This document shows positions 39,853 through 48,728 of a DNA stretch of 64,000 nt, one piece after another. Origin of the DNA: Oscillospiraceae bacterium. GTDB lineage: Bacteria; Bacillota; Clostridia; Oscillospirales; CAG-272. A model generated the notes under the pieces. That model saw nothing but the letters and a program-made list of their open reading frames with translations, did not search any database and was not told where the DNA came from. The position numbers and the translations under genes were made by a program. The first letter of the stretch is position 1, and each line of letters opens with the position of its first letter. The stretch is taken from assembly GCA_015064415.1 (NCBI GenBank), contig SVSG01000005.1:29273-93272 (forward strand). Direction: 5' to 3'.

Positions 39853-41034
39853 TCAGGGTTGTAATGTAAACTCCGCCACCTCGGCAATATCCTCCTCGTA
39901 CACAACGGTACAGGTAAGCGTCACGCCGTCGGCATTCTCGTGTACGGCGACGCTCGTCTGCAGGACGGTGCGGCCCGCACACTCCTTGGAAAGCAACAAA
40001 CGAAGCTCCTCTTCGGCCGCCGCACGTGCTTGCGCACACGTCCGTGAAACGGGTACGAGGCAGTATTCCGCCACGCTTTTTATGTGATAGCCGAAGGGCA
40101 ATTTTTCGCCCGAGGGCAGAGTGATCCATTCTGTTTTCTCTATTATATCACATTTATCTATATAATTTCCAGTATTTTTAAAAACTTTTTGCCGCCAATC
40201 GAACAAAATCAGCGAAATTTCCTTTTTCTCCTCGCCCGTGTAGCGCTTTTCCTCAAAAACAAGCGGTGCCCGCACCGTATAGGTCCGCACCGTTCTTGCC
40301 AACACCTGCCCCGCGGCGCGCGTCACGCGGTATCCGTGATTTTGCGTGTCGATCACTCCGCCCGCAAGGATCTGCCCCTTGCGCACCACCTCGCCCTCGC
40401 TGACGAGGCAAAGTCCCTGGAAAACAAGCGGCATGGTCACAACGCCGTCGCATTTGGCAACCAGATTGGCGGGTTTCTTGCTTGCCGCGGGCAGCGCGCT
40501 CTGCGCTTCTCTGATCTGCACGTAAACGACCGTTCCCACACGGTTGATCGCGGCATATGCCACGCGTCCGTCCTCCCCGCGCAAGGCAAGCGCCGCCGCA
40601 TCCACGTCCAGCGCGGGCAAAAAGCATCCCTTGAAAACGCCGCAGGCGGCAAGCTCACGCTCAAGCTCCTCCAAGGGCAGGGTCACGTTCCCCTCGACCC
40701 GCACGTCCCAGGCCACAAGCCGTGCTCCAAAGAAAAGAAAAAGCGACAAAATAACACCGACAACAAGGCCCGGAGAGTGCAGAAAATGTTGCAAAATCAA
40801 GGGGACGCCTCCCCTTTTTTCGCACAAAAAGGGCAATTCGTGCTCCCGCGCCCTTTGGGCAAAGCGCTCCCCTTCCTTCCCCGAAAGAAGGAAGCGGATC
40901 TCCCCCTCGCGCGACGCTTTTTTTAAATATTTCGGGGAGAAGTTTTCCGCCTTCAACAACTGAAAAAGCGCGGAAGCGTGCGCCCCATCCACGCGATAGG
41001 AGGCATACCCCTTCAAAAAAAGATCAACCCGCAT
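39853..41034 (-). CDS. yqfD: Sporulation protein YqfD
   Basis: WDVRVEGN, PANLVAKCDGVV, GEVVRKGQILAGG, RAAGQVLART; position between yqfC and phoH. Confidence 0.85.
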   Translation of the reverse strand: MRVDLFLKGYASYRVDGAHASALFQLLKAENFSPKYLKKASREGEIRFLLSGKEGERFAQRAREHELPFLCEKRGGVPLILQHFLHSPGLVVGVILSLFLFFGARLVAWDVRVEGNVTLPLEELERELAACGVFKGCFLPALDVDAAALALRGEDGRVAYAAINRVGTVVYVQIREAQSALPAASKKPANLVAKCDGVVTMPLVFQGLCLVSEGEVVRKGQILAGGVIDTQNHGYRVTRAAGQVLARTVRTYTVRAPLVFEEKRYTGEEKKEISLILFDWRQKVFKNTGNYIDKCDIIEKTEWITLPSGEKLPFGYHIKSVAEYCLVPVSRTCAQARAAAEEELRLLLSKECAGRTVLQTSVAVHENADGVTLTCTVVYEEDIAEVAEFTLQP

Positions 41035-41317
41035 TCCCCGCCTCCTTTTCAAAGGATAACGAGAAAACGGTACCAATGATCTGTAATTTATCCGTCTCAA
41101 ATTCACTGCAAAGCAGATCCTCACCTTCCACGTGCAAGCGTCTTTTCCCCACAAGCAGCACCACGCGTGTTTCGGTATATTCGCAGATCCGCACCTTCCC
41201 GTGTAAGATCAAGGAGCTTTGCCCGTAAAGTGAAAGCGAAAAACCGCCGGGCAACGCCTCGGCGGGGATATCCAGATGTTTGCCGAGGCGCGCGAAAAAG
41301 TCTCGTTTTTTTCTCAT
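41024..41317 (-). CDS. yqfC: YabP/YqfC-family sporulation protein
   Basis: LDIPAEAL, I.EY, VEGEDL, L.IIG pattern; upstream of yqfD. Confidence 0.8.
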   Translation of the reverse strand: MRKKRDFFARLGKHLDIPAEALPGGFSLSLYGQSSLILHGKVRICEYTETRVVLLVGKRRLHVEGEDLLCSEFETDKLQIIGTVFSLSFEKEAGNAG

Positions 41318-41380
41318 ATTTTTCTCCTCCCTGCATAAGATTTCACGTCTACATTATGCCGCATGAGGGGGGATTATGCC

Positions 41381-42469
41381 ATGAAAAAGCGCAAATTTTG
41401 CCACACTGCTCTGCCGATTTTCTTGCTTACGGTGCTGTCCGTTTTGTTGCTTTCCAATACACAAGCGGCCATGGACGGGATCCGACGCGGATTGACGCTT
41501 TGCGCACAAACGGTGATCCCCGCGCTCTTCCCCTTTCTGGTGCTTTCCGAATTGATCGTGAGCTCCGGCGTCGGAGAAACGCTTGGACGTATGCTCGGAA
41601 AACCGCTTTCCGCCCTGCTCGGCATCTCGCAAAACGCCGCAAGCGCCGTACTGCTCGGCGTTCTTTGCGGGCAACCTATCTCTAGCGTTACGGCGCTTGC
41701 CTTTCTCCGTCAAAAGGAACTGGAGGAAAAGGAGCTGCAGCGCATCTCGCTTTTCGCCAACAACCCAAGCAGCGGTTTTCTGATCGGCGCGGTCGGCGTC
41801 GCGCTTTTCGGCAACAAACAGGCGGGCGTTGCCCTTTTTTGCATCACCACACTCTCCGCGCTTCTTGTGGCCTTAGGCCTCCGTTTTTTCGGTGGAAAAA
41901 TCGTTCAAAATGAAAAAAAGCCCCCAAACGGGGCGAGAAAAACGCTTTCCTTTTCCGATCTGACAGACAGCGTCAAGCGCGCCTTTCGCACACTTTTGCA
42001 GATCTGTGCCTTCCTGCTTTTTTTCTGTGCGCTCGGCAACGTACTGGGGGAGCTTTTTGCCGCGCTCGCCTTCCCCGCCGTTTTTCGGGTACTCGTATTC
42101 GGAATTTTGGAAATGACCTGCGGCGTCAGTTACGCCGTCACCGCACTGCCTGCGCGTGCGGCCTTTCGCTGTACGGCATTTTTTTGCGGTTTTGCGGGGC
42201 TTTCCGTTTGCATGCAGATCTTCTCCCTCACCGAAGGGCACAGCCCGCCATTCACCGCTTATTTCCTTGCCAAGTTGGTACAAGGCGCGCTGAACCTTTT
42301 GCTGTGCGAAATCTATTTGCGCCTTTTTGATCCCGCGCTCTCTCCCGCAACCAGCATTCCGACGTTTTTCACTTCAAGGGGTGTCGGTATTTCTCATTAT
42401 ATATTATGCGCGCTTATCCTTTTGTCGGTCGCCGCGTACAGCGTCAAAAAAAGGGAAAAGGGGACGTAA
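41381..42469 (+). CDS. ylbJ: Sporulation integral membrane protein YlbJ-like
   Basis: GLTLCAQTVIPALFPF, LCGQP, NNPSSGFLIGAVG, GILEMTCG, FAGLSVCMQ; divergent from yqfC. Confidence 0.8.
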   Translation: MKKRKFCHTALPIFLLTVLSVLLLSNTQAAMDGIRRGLTLCAQTVIPALFPFLVLSELIVSSGVGETLGRMLGKPLSALLGISQNAASAVLLGVLCGQPISSVTALAFLRQKELEEKELQRISLFANNPSSGFLIGAVGVALFGNKQAGVALFCITTLSALLVALGLRFFGGKIVQNEKKPPNGARKTLSFSDLTDSVKRAFRTLLQICAFLLFFCALGNVLGELFAALAFPAVFRVLVFGILEMTCGVSYAVTALPARAAFRCTAFFCGFAGLSVCMQIFSLTEGHSPPFTAYFLAKLVQGALNLLLCEIYLRLFDPALSPATSIPTFFTSRGVGISHYILCALILLSVAAYSVKKREKGT

Positions 42470-42491
42470 CCGTCCCCTTTTCCCTTTTTTG
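42446..42491. terminator. Bidirectional terminator between ylbJ and rpmF
   Basis: AAAAAAGGGAAAAGGGGACG-taac-CGTCCCCTTTTCCCTTTTTT overlapping the ylbJ stop. Confidence 0.85.
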
Positions 42492-42494
42492 TCA

Positions 42495-42677
42495 TCAAGC
42501 GTCCTGCTTGATAACTTCTTTCCCGTCGTAAGTCCCGCAGGCCTTGCAAACGCGATGAGCGAGTACGTACTCGCCGCACTTAGCGCACTTGACCATGCCG
42601 GGCATTTCGAGCTTAGAATTGTTGGAGCGACGCTTGTCACGGCGAGCGCTGGAAACCTTTTTCTTCGGAACTGCCAT
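42495..42677 (-). CDS. rpmF: 50S ribosomal protein L32
   Basis: [21 protein letters not shown]...[10 protein letters not shown]. Confidence 0.97.
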   Translation of the reverse strand: MAVPKKKVSSARRDKRRSNNSKLEMPGMVKCAKCGEYVLAHRVCKACGTYDGKEVIKQDA

Positions 42678-42716
42678 TGTTACCTACACCTCCTCTGGGT
42701 TCGTTGTTTATTAAAA

Positions 42717-43235
42717 TTATTTTTCTTCTTCATTGCTTTGCCAGTTCAAAAGCACGGCAAGACGCGGGTCGATCTCTTTTTGCGAGCAACCGCAGTCTCC
42801 ATCGCGCTTGGGTTTGCCGCACTTGGGGCAAAGTCCCTGGCAATCTTCGTCACACAAAAGGCGCATCGGGAAAGAGATCAACAGCTCCTCGCGAAGCGGT
42901 TCGTCCACGTCAAGCTTGCCGTCGCGGATCATCACGTAGGAATCGATGTTTTCCTCCAGCTGCTCTTCGGAGATCGTTCCCTCCGCAGCAACGGTGCGTT
43001 CAAATTCCAGCGTGAATACGCCATAAACGGGTGCAAGACAACGGGCGCACTGTCCCTTGTAGGGCAGTGTGGCGGTTAGATACAGGCGCATGTAGCCCGC
43101 ATCGTCGGTAAGATAGCCGCTTACCTTGGCATTTTCGGGGAAGGTAACGTCAAAAATCGGTTCGGGTGTGAGTTCATATGCAATATCCATACGCGTGATT
43201 TCGCCACGCAGAATGGGGCCCATATTCAAAATCAT
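42717..43235 (-). CDS. yceD: YceD/DUF177 protein
   Basis: CARCL, LCDEDCQGLCPKCG, DPRLAVL; upstream of rpmF. Confidence 0.9.
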   Translation of the reverse strand: MILNMGPILRGEITRMDIAYELTPEPIFDVTFPENAKVSGYLTDDAGYMRLYLTATLPYKGQCARCLAPVYGVFTLEFERTVAAEGTISEEQLEENIDSYVMIRDGKLDVDEPLREELLISFPMRLLCDEDCQGLCPKCGKPKRDGDCGCSQKEIDPRLAVLLNWQSNEEEK

Positions 43236-43296
43236 ATCCTCGCCTCCTCCACCTTTTTATCCCCAAAATTCGGTTGCGGAAAAAGCAACACATAAT

Positions 43297-43325
43297 ATTA
43301 TAATCAAATCATGAGAAAATGTCAA
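43297..43325 (-). promoter_or_regulatory. sigmaA promoter for yceD-rpmF
   Basis: Minus strand TTGACA-17 bp-TATAAT. Confidence 0.8.
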
Positions 43326-43368
43326 GAGTTTTTCCCGATTTTTTTCGTCTTTTTGTAAAACTTTTTTA

Positions 43369-45861
43369 TTATTGCATCACGTATTTGCCCGCGCCAAGCT
43401 CAAAGACCGCTTTGCCGTTCAAAATTTCACCGCCCAGCTCCTCTACGCGGAAGGTCTTGGCGTTGAGTGTGACCTCTTTCCTGCCGTTGAGCAACGGAAA
43501 TTCCACGCGCGCAGTGGTTCCCGTCGGGATGCGGAAGGTATAGGTGAACTTACCCTCGCGCCAATCCCACGCGCTTTCGATACGGCCCTTAGCGGAATCG
43601 TAATGCGCCTTCACGTACATGATGCGCTCCTGCCCCTTCGGCATCTCCTCCTCGGTTCTCACGTCGGGTCTGGGAGAAAGCACGAAATGCGCAAAGCCGG
43701 GGTGTGCGGGATCGACCGCAATACCTGCCGCGTAAGCGTAGATCCATTCCACCACCGAGCCGAAGGCGTAGTGGTTGAAGGAGTTCATATTCACCGCGCC
43801 AAAGCCGCGTGCATACGTGTAAGAATTCCAGCGCTCCCAGACCGTGGTCGCGCCCTGACGGACGCTGTAAAGCCAGGAGGGGTCCTTCGTTTGCAGAAGC
43901 AAGGAATAGGCAAGGCCGTCCAACCCCACCGCAGAAAGCGTCTGTGCGAGCATATAGGTACCAACAAAGCCCGTGGAAAGCGTGTAATCGTTGGCGATCA
44001 CGTTCTTCTCAAGCGTCTTGATCACGTTCTCGCGCACGGTTCCCTCCACCAGCTCAAAGGCGATGGCCAGCACGCAGGCGGTCTGCGTTTTGACGGTCAG
44101 CTCGTCGTTTTTGACAAACTGCTCGTTCCACTCGCGCTTGAGGCGTGCGTTCAGCTCTTCGTAATACGCGGCGCGCTCCCCCTTGCCGAGAACACGCGCC
44201 ATTCTTGCCATCAGAAGAGCGTCATACGCGTAATATGCCTGACAAACAAGCGCATCGTCGGTCGGCTCATACGCCAGCCAGTCACCGTAGCGCTTGCGCG
44301 GGCCGCCGATGGATGCCAGATACGTCATGTAGCGTTCCATCGAATCGTAATGCTCGGCCATTGTTTCGGTATCGTTGTATTTCAGATACAGCATATACGG
44401 CACAAGGATGCCCGCATCTCCCCAAGCTGCCGCAGCATCCTTCATGGACCCGCTTCGCGACATTTTTTCAATGACGGGGATCACATCCCAATAGCCGTCG
44501 CACACGCGCTGTCCGTCACGGGCATCCCCCAGCCACTTGCGAAGAAATCCGCGTGCATTGGCATTATAGGTGCCCGCGCCGCAGAACATTTGCGTGTCAC
44601 CCGACCAGCCCAAACGCTCGTCACGCTGAGGGCAGTCGGTGGGAACGGAAAGGTAGTTGCAGCGCTGTCCCCAGAACACGTTTTCAATAAAGCGGTTCAG
44701 CTCGGTGTTGCTGGTTTCCAGATAGCCCGTCTCCTGCATATCCGTGCTGACGAACACACCCTCGACAGAGATCAGCTCGACGTCCGCGTCCGTCCAGAGG
44801 CAAAGGTAGCGGAAGGCGGAAAAGCTGTGCGTGGGCTGATAATCCTCCACGCCCTCGCCTTTGGCCACGTAAACAGTACGTGCCAGCGCGGTGCGGTAGT
44901 TGGCGGTGTACAGCATGCCCTTAGGGCCGTCATTGCCGCGCGCCTTATCGCCGCTGTCATTCAGCATCTCGGATACCATCACCTCAACGCGGGCGCGGCG
45001 GGGGGCCTTCACCGTGATATGCGGGCGGCCTGCGATCTCCTGACCAAGATCAATGATCAATCTCTCGCCCTTGTGCAGTACGGTCTTTTCACAACCGTCA
45101 CCCACGCGGGTGAAAAGCGGCACGATCTCACCGAATTCGGTACCGTTGTCCGCCACGTCGCGATAAAGCACGGCACTCTTGGGGGTCTGATTGAACTGCG
45201 GGCGCACGCGCATGGGCTCGCCCACGTGAGGCACGATGGCGGGAAATTTTCCCTCAATGCCCTCAAACAAGGTGACGGGCTTCCACGCGTAAGCGCCGGG
45301 GAAGCTGTGTGCATCCGGCATGGTGGCATCGTAATACTCACCGTCCCAGATGTCGGCGGAAAGCACGCGACCGCCGATCACGGTCAACCAGCTTTCATCG
45401 GTCACGAAGGAAAGCAGCTCTTTGCCGTCCTTATCAAAGCAACGAACCTCGGCGGCGAAGGCGGGCTCAAGCCAACCGTACTCGCCCATCGTGATACGCC
45501 CGGAGAACCATCCGCGGGAGACCTCAGCGGTGATCACGCTCTCCTTTACGCAAAGATCGGTAATATCATATTCAAACTCGAACACGCGGCAATGATAATC
45601 CGTCCAACCGGGCTTCAACTCCTCGTTGCCGACGCGATGGCCGTTTACGAACACGTTGAACACACCGAGTGCCGTGGCGGCAAGCGTCACCTTGGCCGTG
45701 CCCTCGGGCAGGTCGAAATCACCGCGGAACAGCGAAAGGCCGTTCCCGGGTTGCAGGGTGATATCGGGATTATTGAAATAGCGCACCGAGTGGTCCCACG
45801 GATGCGGCAGGGGCGTGGGGCGGTCCTTTGGATTGCAGATAAATTTGGCTTTGGAATTCAT
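43369..45861 (-). CDS. Alpha-L-rhamnosidase (GH78)
   Basis: PGWTDY, DLGQEIAG, PTDCPQRDERLGWSGD, YGDW, GATTVWERW, MNSFNHYAFG; ATG at 45861 after GGAGG; no signal peptide. Confidence 0.92.
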   Translation of the reverse strand: MNSKAKFICNPKDRPTPLPHPWDHSVRYFNNPDITLQPGNGLSLFRGDFDLPEGTAKVTLAATALGVFNVFVNGHRVGNEELKPGWTDYHCRVFEFEYDITDLCVKESVITAEVSRGWFSGRITMGEYGWLEPAFAAEVRCFDKDGKELLSFVTDESWLTVIGGRVLSADIWDGEYYDATMPDAHSFPGAYAWKPVTLFEGIEGKFPAIVPHVGEPMRVRPQFNQTPKSAVLYRDVADNGTEFGEIVPLFTRVGDGCEKTVLHKGERLIIDLGQEIAGRPHITVKAPRRARVEVMVSEMLNDSGDKARGNDGPKGMLYTANYRTALARTVYVAKGEGVEDYQPTHSFSAFRYLCLWTDADVELISVEGVFVSTDMQETGYLETSNTELNRFIENVFWGQRCNYLSVPTDCPQRDERLGWSGDTQMFCGAGTYNANARGFLRKWLGDARDGQRVCDGYWDVIPVIEKMSRSGSMKDAAAAWGDAGILVPYMLYLKYNDTETMAEHYDSMERYMTYLASIGGPRKRYGDWLAYEPTDDALVCQAYYAYDALLMARMARVLGKGERAAYYEELNARLKREWNEQFVKNDELTVKTQTACVLAIAFELVEGTVRENVIKTLEKNVIANDYTLSTGFVGTYMLAQTLSAVGLDGLAYSLLLQTKDPSWLYSVRQGATTVWERWNSYTYARGFGAVNMNSFNHYAFGSVVEWIYAYAAGIAVDPAHPGFAHFVLSPRPDVRTEEEMPKGQERIMYVKAHYDSAKGRIESAWDWREGKFTYTFRIPTGTTARVEFPLLNGRKEVTLNAKTFRVEELGGEILNGKAVFELGAGKYVMQ

Positions 45862-46022
45862 AGCGCGAACCTCCGTTGTGTATAAGTACTTCTCCATTAT
45901 AACATGCTTTCGTCCGTTTGTCCAGTCTTGAATATAACCCAAAAGCGCGCGTTTTTAAGAAAACACTTTTCTTTTTGCGGGAAATGTGCTATACTGAAGA
46001 AAAGAAGCAAGGAGGTGGCGCT

Positions 46023-47510
46023 ATGACCAACATTTTGACCGCCGCGCAAATGAAGCAAGCGGATGAGGAAAAAATCAACCGCGGCACCCCGTCCCGCGTT
46101 CTCATGGAACGCGCAGCCATGGGAGCATTGAAGCTTTTGGAATCGGAATTTCCCACAAATCACGTGCTGTTTTTGTGCGGGAACGGCAACAATGGCGGTG
46201 ACGGATTTGCCATGGCAAGGTTTTTCGCCGAGAAGGGCGGAAACGCGACGGTATGCTACACGGGCGAATGGAAGGACGGCGAGCCCGACGCCGAAAAAAT
46301 GAGCGTAGAGTGTGCGCGCCAGTTCTCTCTTTTACCGAAGCCTCTTCCCCTTTGCGACACGCCTGATTTCCAAGGCGTGAGCGCCGTGGTGGACGCCATG
46401 TTCGGCATTGGACTTTTCCGCCCCATCACAGGAAAAAATGCCGAGCTGATCCAAGCGCTGAACGATGCAAAGCTCCCCGTGCTTGCCATCGATATCCCCT
46501 CCGGTATCAACGCAGACACCGGTGCCGTGTGCGGGATTGCCGTGCAAGCCACACATACGGTCGCCATATCCGATTATAAATTCGGCCATTATCTTTATCC
46601 GGGTACCGAGCTGTGCGGCATACTGCACTGCGAGCGCATCGGCGTTTGCCCTCCCTTGGGATGCGCTCAAATATTGGAAAAGGAGGACATTTCTCAGCTG
46701 CTTTCCCGCCCCGCCAACACCCACAAGGGGAGCTTTGGACGCGTGCTTGTTATCGGCGGCTCCAAGGGGATGAGCGGTGCGGGCTATCTGTGTGCCAAAG
46801 CCGCCTATCGCGCAGGGGCGGGGCTTGTAGAGATCATGACGCACAGCCAAAACCGCGTCATCTATCAGACACAGCTGCCTGAGGCCATTGTCACAACGTA
46901 TGATTTGAATGAGACGGACGAAAACGCCATATATGACGCCATCTGGCGTGCCGATGCCATCGCCATCGGCATGGGGCTCGGAAGCTCCCGCACCACCGCT
47001 TTCCTTGTGGATGCGGTGCTGAAATACGCGCGTTGCCCTGTTGTCATGGACGCAGATGCCTTAAACGAGCTTGCCCGCAGCGAGAACCTTGCCGCCCGTC
47101 TTTCCGTGTGCCGTTTCCCCTTGATCTTCACGCCTCACTTGGGCGAGGCAAGCCGCCTGTTGGATCTTCCGATCGACACTGTTTCCGCCGACCTTGTCAC
47201 GCATGCCAAATTGCTTGCCGAGAAAAGCGGCGCCCTTGTCGTGCTGAAAAGCGCGCGTACGCTGATCACAGACGGCAAACGCGTCACGCTGAATCCCTTC
47301 GGCAACAACGGTATGGCAACGGGTGGCAGCGGTGACGTACTGAGCGGCATTATTGCCGGCCTGAGCGCCGGTGGCAACCCGCATCGGATCGCGGCAGAAC
47401 TCGGCGTGCTGGCTCATGCACTTGCCGGAGACGTCGCACGGGAGAAGTGCGGCTTGCACGGCTTGATGGCTTCCGACATCATCGACGGACTTTGCAAGTT
47501 TTTGCCTTAA
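46023..47510 (+). CDS. nnr: Bifunctional NAD(P)H-hydrate epimerase/dehydratase (YjeF)
   Basis: LMERA, GNGNNGGDG, DIPSG, HKGSFG, DADALN, TPHLGE, ATGGSGDVL. Confidence 0.93.
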   Translation: MTNILTAAQMKQADEEKINRGTPSRVLMERAAMGALKLLESEFPTNHVLFLCGNGNNGGDGFAMARFFAEKGGNATVCYTGEWKDGEPDAEKMSVECARQFSLLPKPLPLCDTPDFQGVSAVVDAMFGIGLFRPITGKNAELIQALNDAKLPVLAIDIPSGINADTGAVCGIAVQATHTVAISDYKFGHYLYPGTELCGILHCERIGVCPPLGCAQILEKEDISQLLSRPANTHKGSFGRVLVIGGSKGMSGAGYLCAKAAYRAGAGLVEIMTHSQNRVIYQTQLPEAIVTTYDLNETDENAIYDAIWRADAIAIGMGLGSSRTTAFLVDAVLKYARCPVVMDADALNELARSENLAARLSVCRFPLIFTPHLGEASRLLDLPIDTVSADLVTHAKLLAEKSGALVVLKSARTLITDGKRVTLNPFGNNGMATGGSGDVLSGIIAGLSAGGNPHRIAAELGVLAHALAGDVAREKCGLHGLMASDIIDGLCKFLP

Positions 47511-47585
47511 TTCCGAACATTTTTTGTTATTTTCCAATTATTTTTATCATTTTTCCATTTTATCGAATAAAAAGAGGCTCGAACG

Positions 47586-47630
47586 TCAAAAAAAGCGTGT
47601 GTTTCGTCACGAAACACACGCTTTTTTTGA
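47586..47630. terminator. Bidirectional terminator between nnr and coaD
   Basis: TCAAAAAAAGCGTGTGTTTCGT-c-ACGAAACACACGCTTTTTTTGA near-perfect inverted repeat. Confidence 0.8.
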
Positions 47631-47661
47631 ATTATTTTTTCTTAAAGGTGAGAGGATATCC

Positions 47662-48150
47662 TCAGCAAGCGTTGCACTCGCCTCTCGTCACCAGATACTC
47701 TATCACTGCGGGGGCAACCAGCCCCTCGGGGCATTTTTTCTCAGCCAACAGTGCGCGCACGCCGGTGGAATTCAGATTTTCAAGATCGTCGCAGGCCTGC
47801 AGGAAAACGGTTTTTGCGCGGGGATTTTTGGAAAGGTTATAGGCGGCCATCTGCTCCTCGTACGCGCGGTCCACCTCGTTACGAATACCCTTCACGATCA
47901 CGTCGGCGCCGATACGATCAAACAGATCCACCAGCATGCCGTCATCGGTGATCACTTCCACGTTGGGAAGCCCGCTCAGCGTCAAGCGTGCCATTTCGGC
48001 GCGCTCCTCAATCGTGTGCGTATAGGTCTTGCTTCTGTTGATCATCACAGCCACTGTCACCTTGTCGTAATGCTTCAAGGCGCGCTTGACGATGTCAAGA
48101 TGGCCCAATGTCATGGGATCAAAGCTTCCGGGAATCAACGCGTGACTCAT
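47662..48150 (-). CDS. coaD: Pantetheine-phosphate adenylyltransferase
   Basis: PGSFDPMTLGH, KGIRN..D..YE; follows rsmD. Confidence 0.9.
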   Translation of the reverse strand: MSHALIPGSFDPMTLGHLDIVKRALKHYDKVTVAVMINRSKTYTHTIEERAEMARLTLSGLPNVEVITDDGMLVDLFDRIGADVIVKGIRNEVDRAYEEQMAAYNLSKNPRAKTVFLQACDDLENLNSTGVRALLAEKKCPEGLVAPAVIEYLVTRGECNAC

Positions 48151-48725
48151 AGTTCCTCCTTGCGCTGTGCGGGGCTCAAAAAGAATACGTGAGCCGCGCC
48201 ATAGCGTTTGTTTTTGATAATTTCATAACGTGTGGGGAGCTCCACGTCTCCTCCAAAAAGGTCCTGCGGATCTCCGCACTCCACCACCACGGTGGCGCCG
48301 GGCGCGAGAAGCTCGCGCGCAAGCAAGGTGCGAAGCACCGAGGGCAGCAATCCCGCCGCATAGGGCGGGTCCAGAAAGACCAAATGAAAGGGACCGTCCT
48401 TGCAGGAGGCAAGATAAGCGTTTGCATCAAGAGAAAGGATCTTCGTCCGGGATATCAACTTGGTTTTTTCGGCATTTTTGCGGATCACCGCGCACGCTTC
48501 GCGGGCGCGATCCACCATTACGGCAAGGGATGCTCCTCTGCTCAACGCCTCAAGGCCCAATTGACCCGAGCCGGCAAAAAGATCCAGCACGCGTCGCCCC
48601 TCCAGATCGAATTGGAGCATGGAGAAAACGGCCTCCTTCGTGCGCTCTGCCGTGGGGCGGGTCGCTTCCCCCGGCAAGGTCTCCAGGCGCACGCCGCGCG
48701 CACTACCGGTAATAATATGCATCAT
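48147..48725 (-). CDS. rsmD: 16S rRNA m2G966 methyltransferase
   Basis: TRPT..R.KEAVF, LDLFAGSGQLGLEALSRGA, DPPY. Confidence 0.93.
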   Translation of the reverse strand: MMHIITGSARGVRLETLPGEATRPTAERTKEAVFSMLQFDLEGRRVLDLFAGSGQLGLEALSRGASLAVMVDRAREACAVIRKNAEKTKLISRTKILSLDANAYLASCKDGPFHLVFLDPPYAAGLLPSVLRTLLARELLAPGATVVVECGDPQDLFGGDVELPTRYEIIKNKRYGAAHVFFLSPAQRKEEL

Positions 48726-48728
48726 GGC

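Noticed and set aside
47511-47590. LexA box (CGAAC half-sites) in the AT-rich gap after nnr
   Set aside because: Only half-sites are present, and they lie between convergent gene ends rather than in a promoter. No box was seen upstream of uvrC either.
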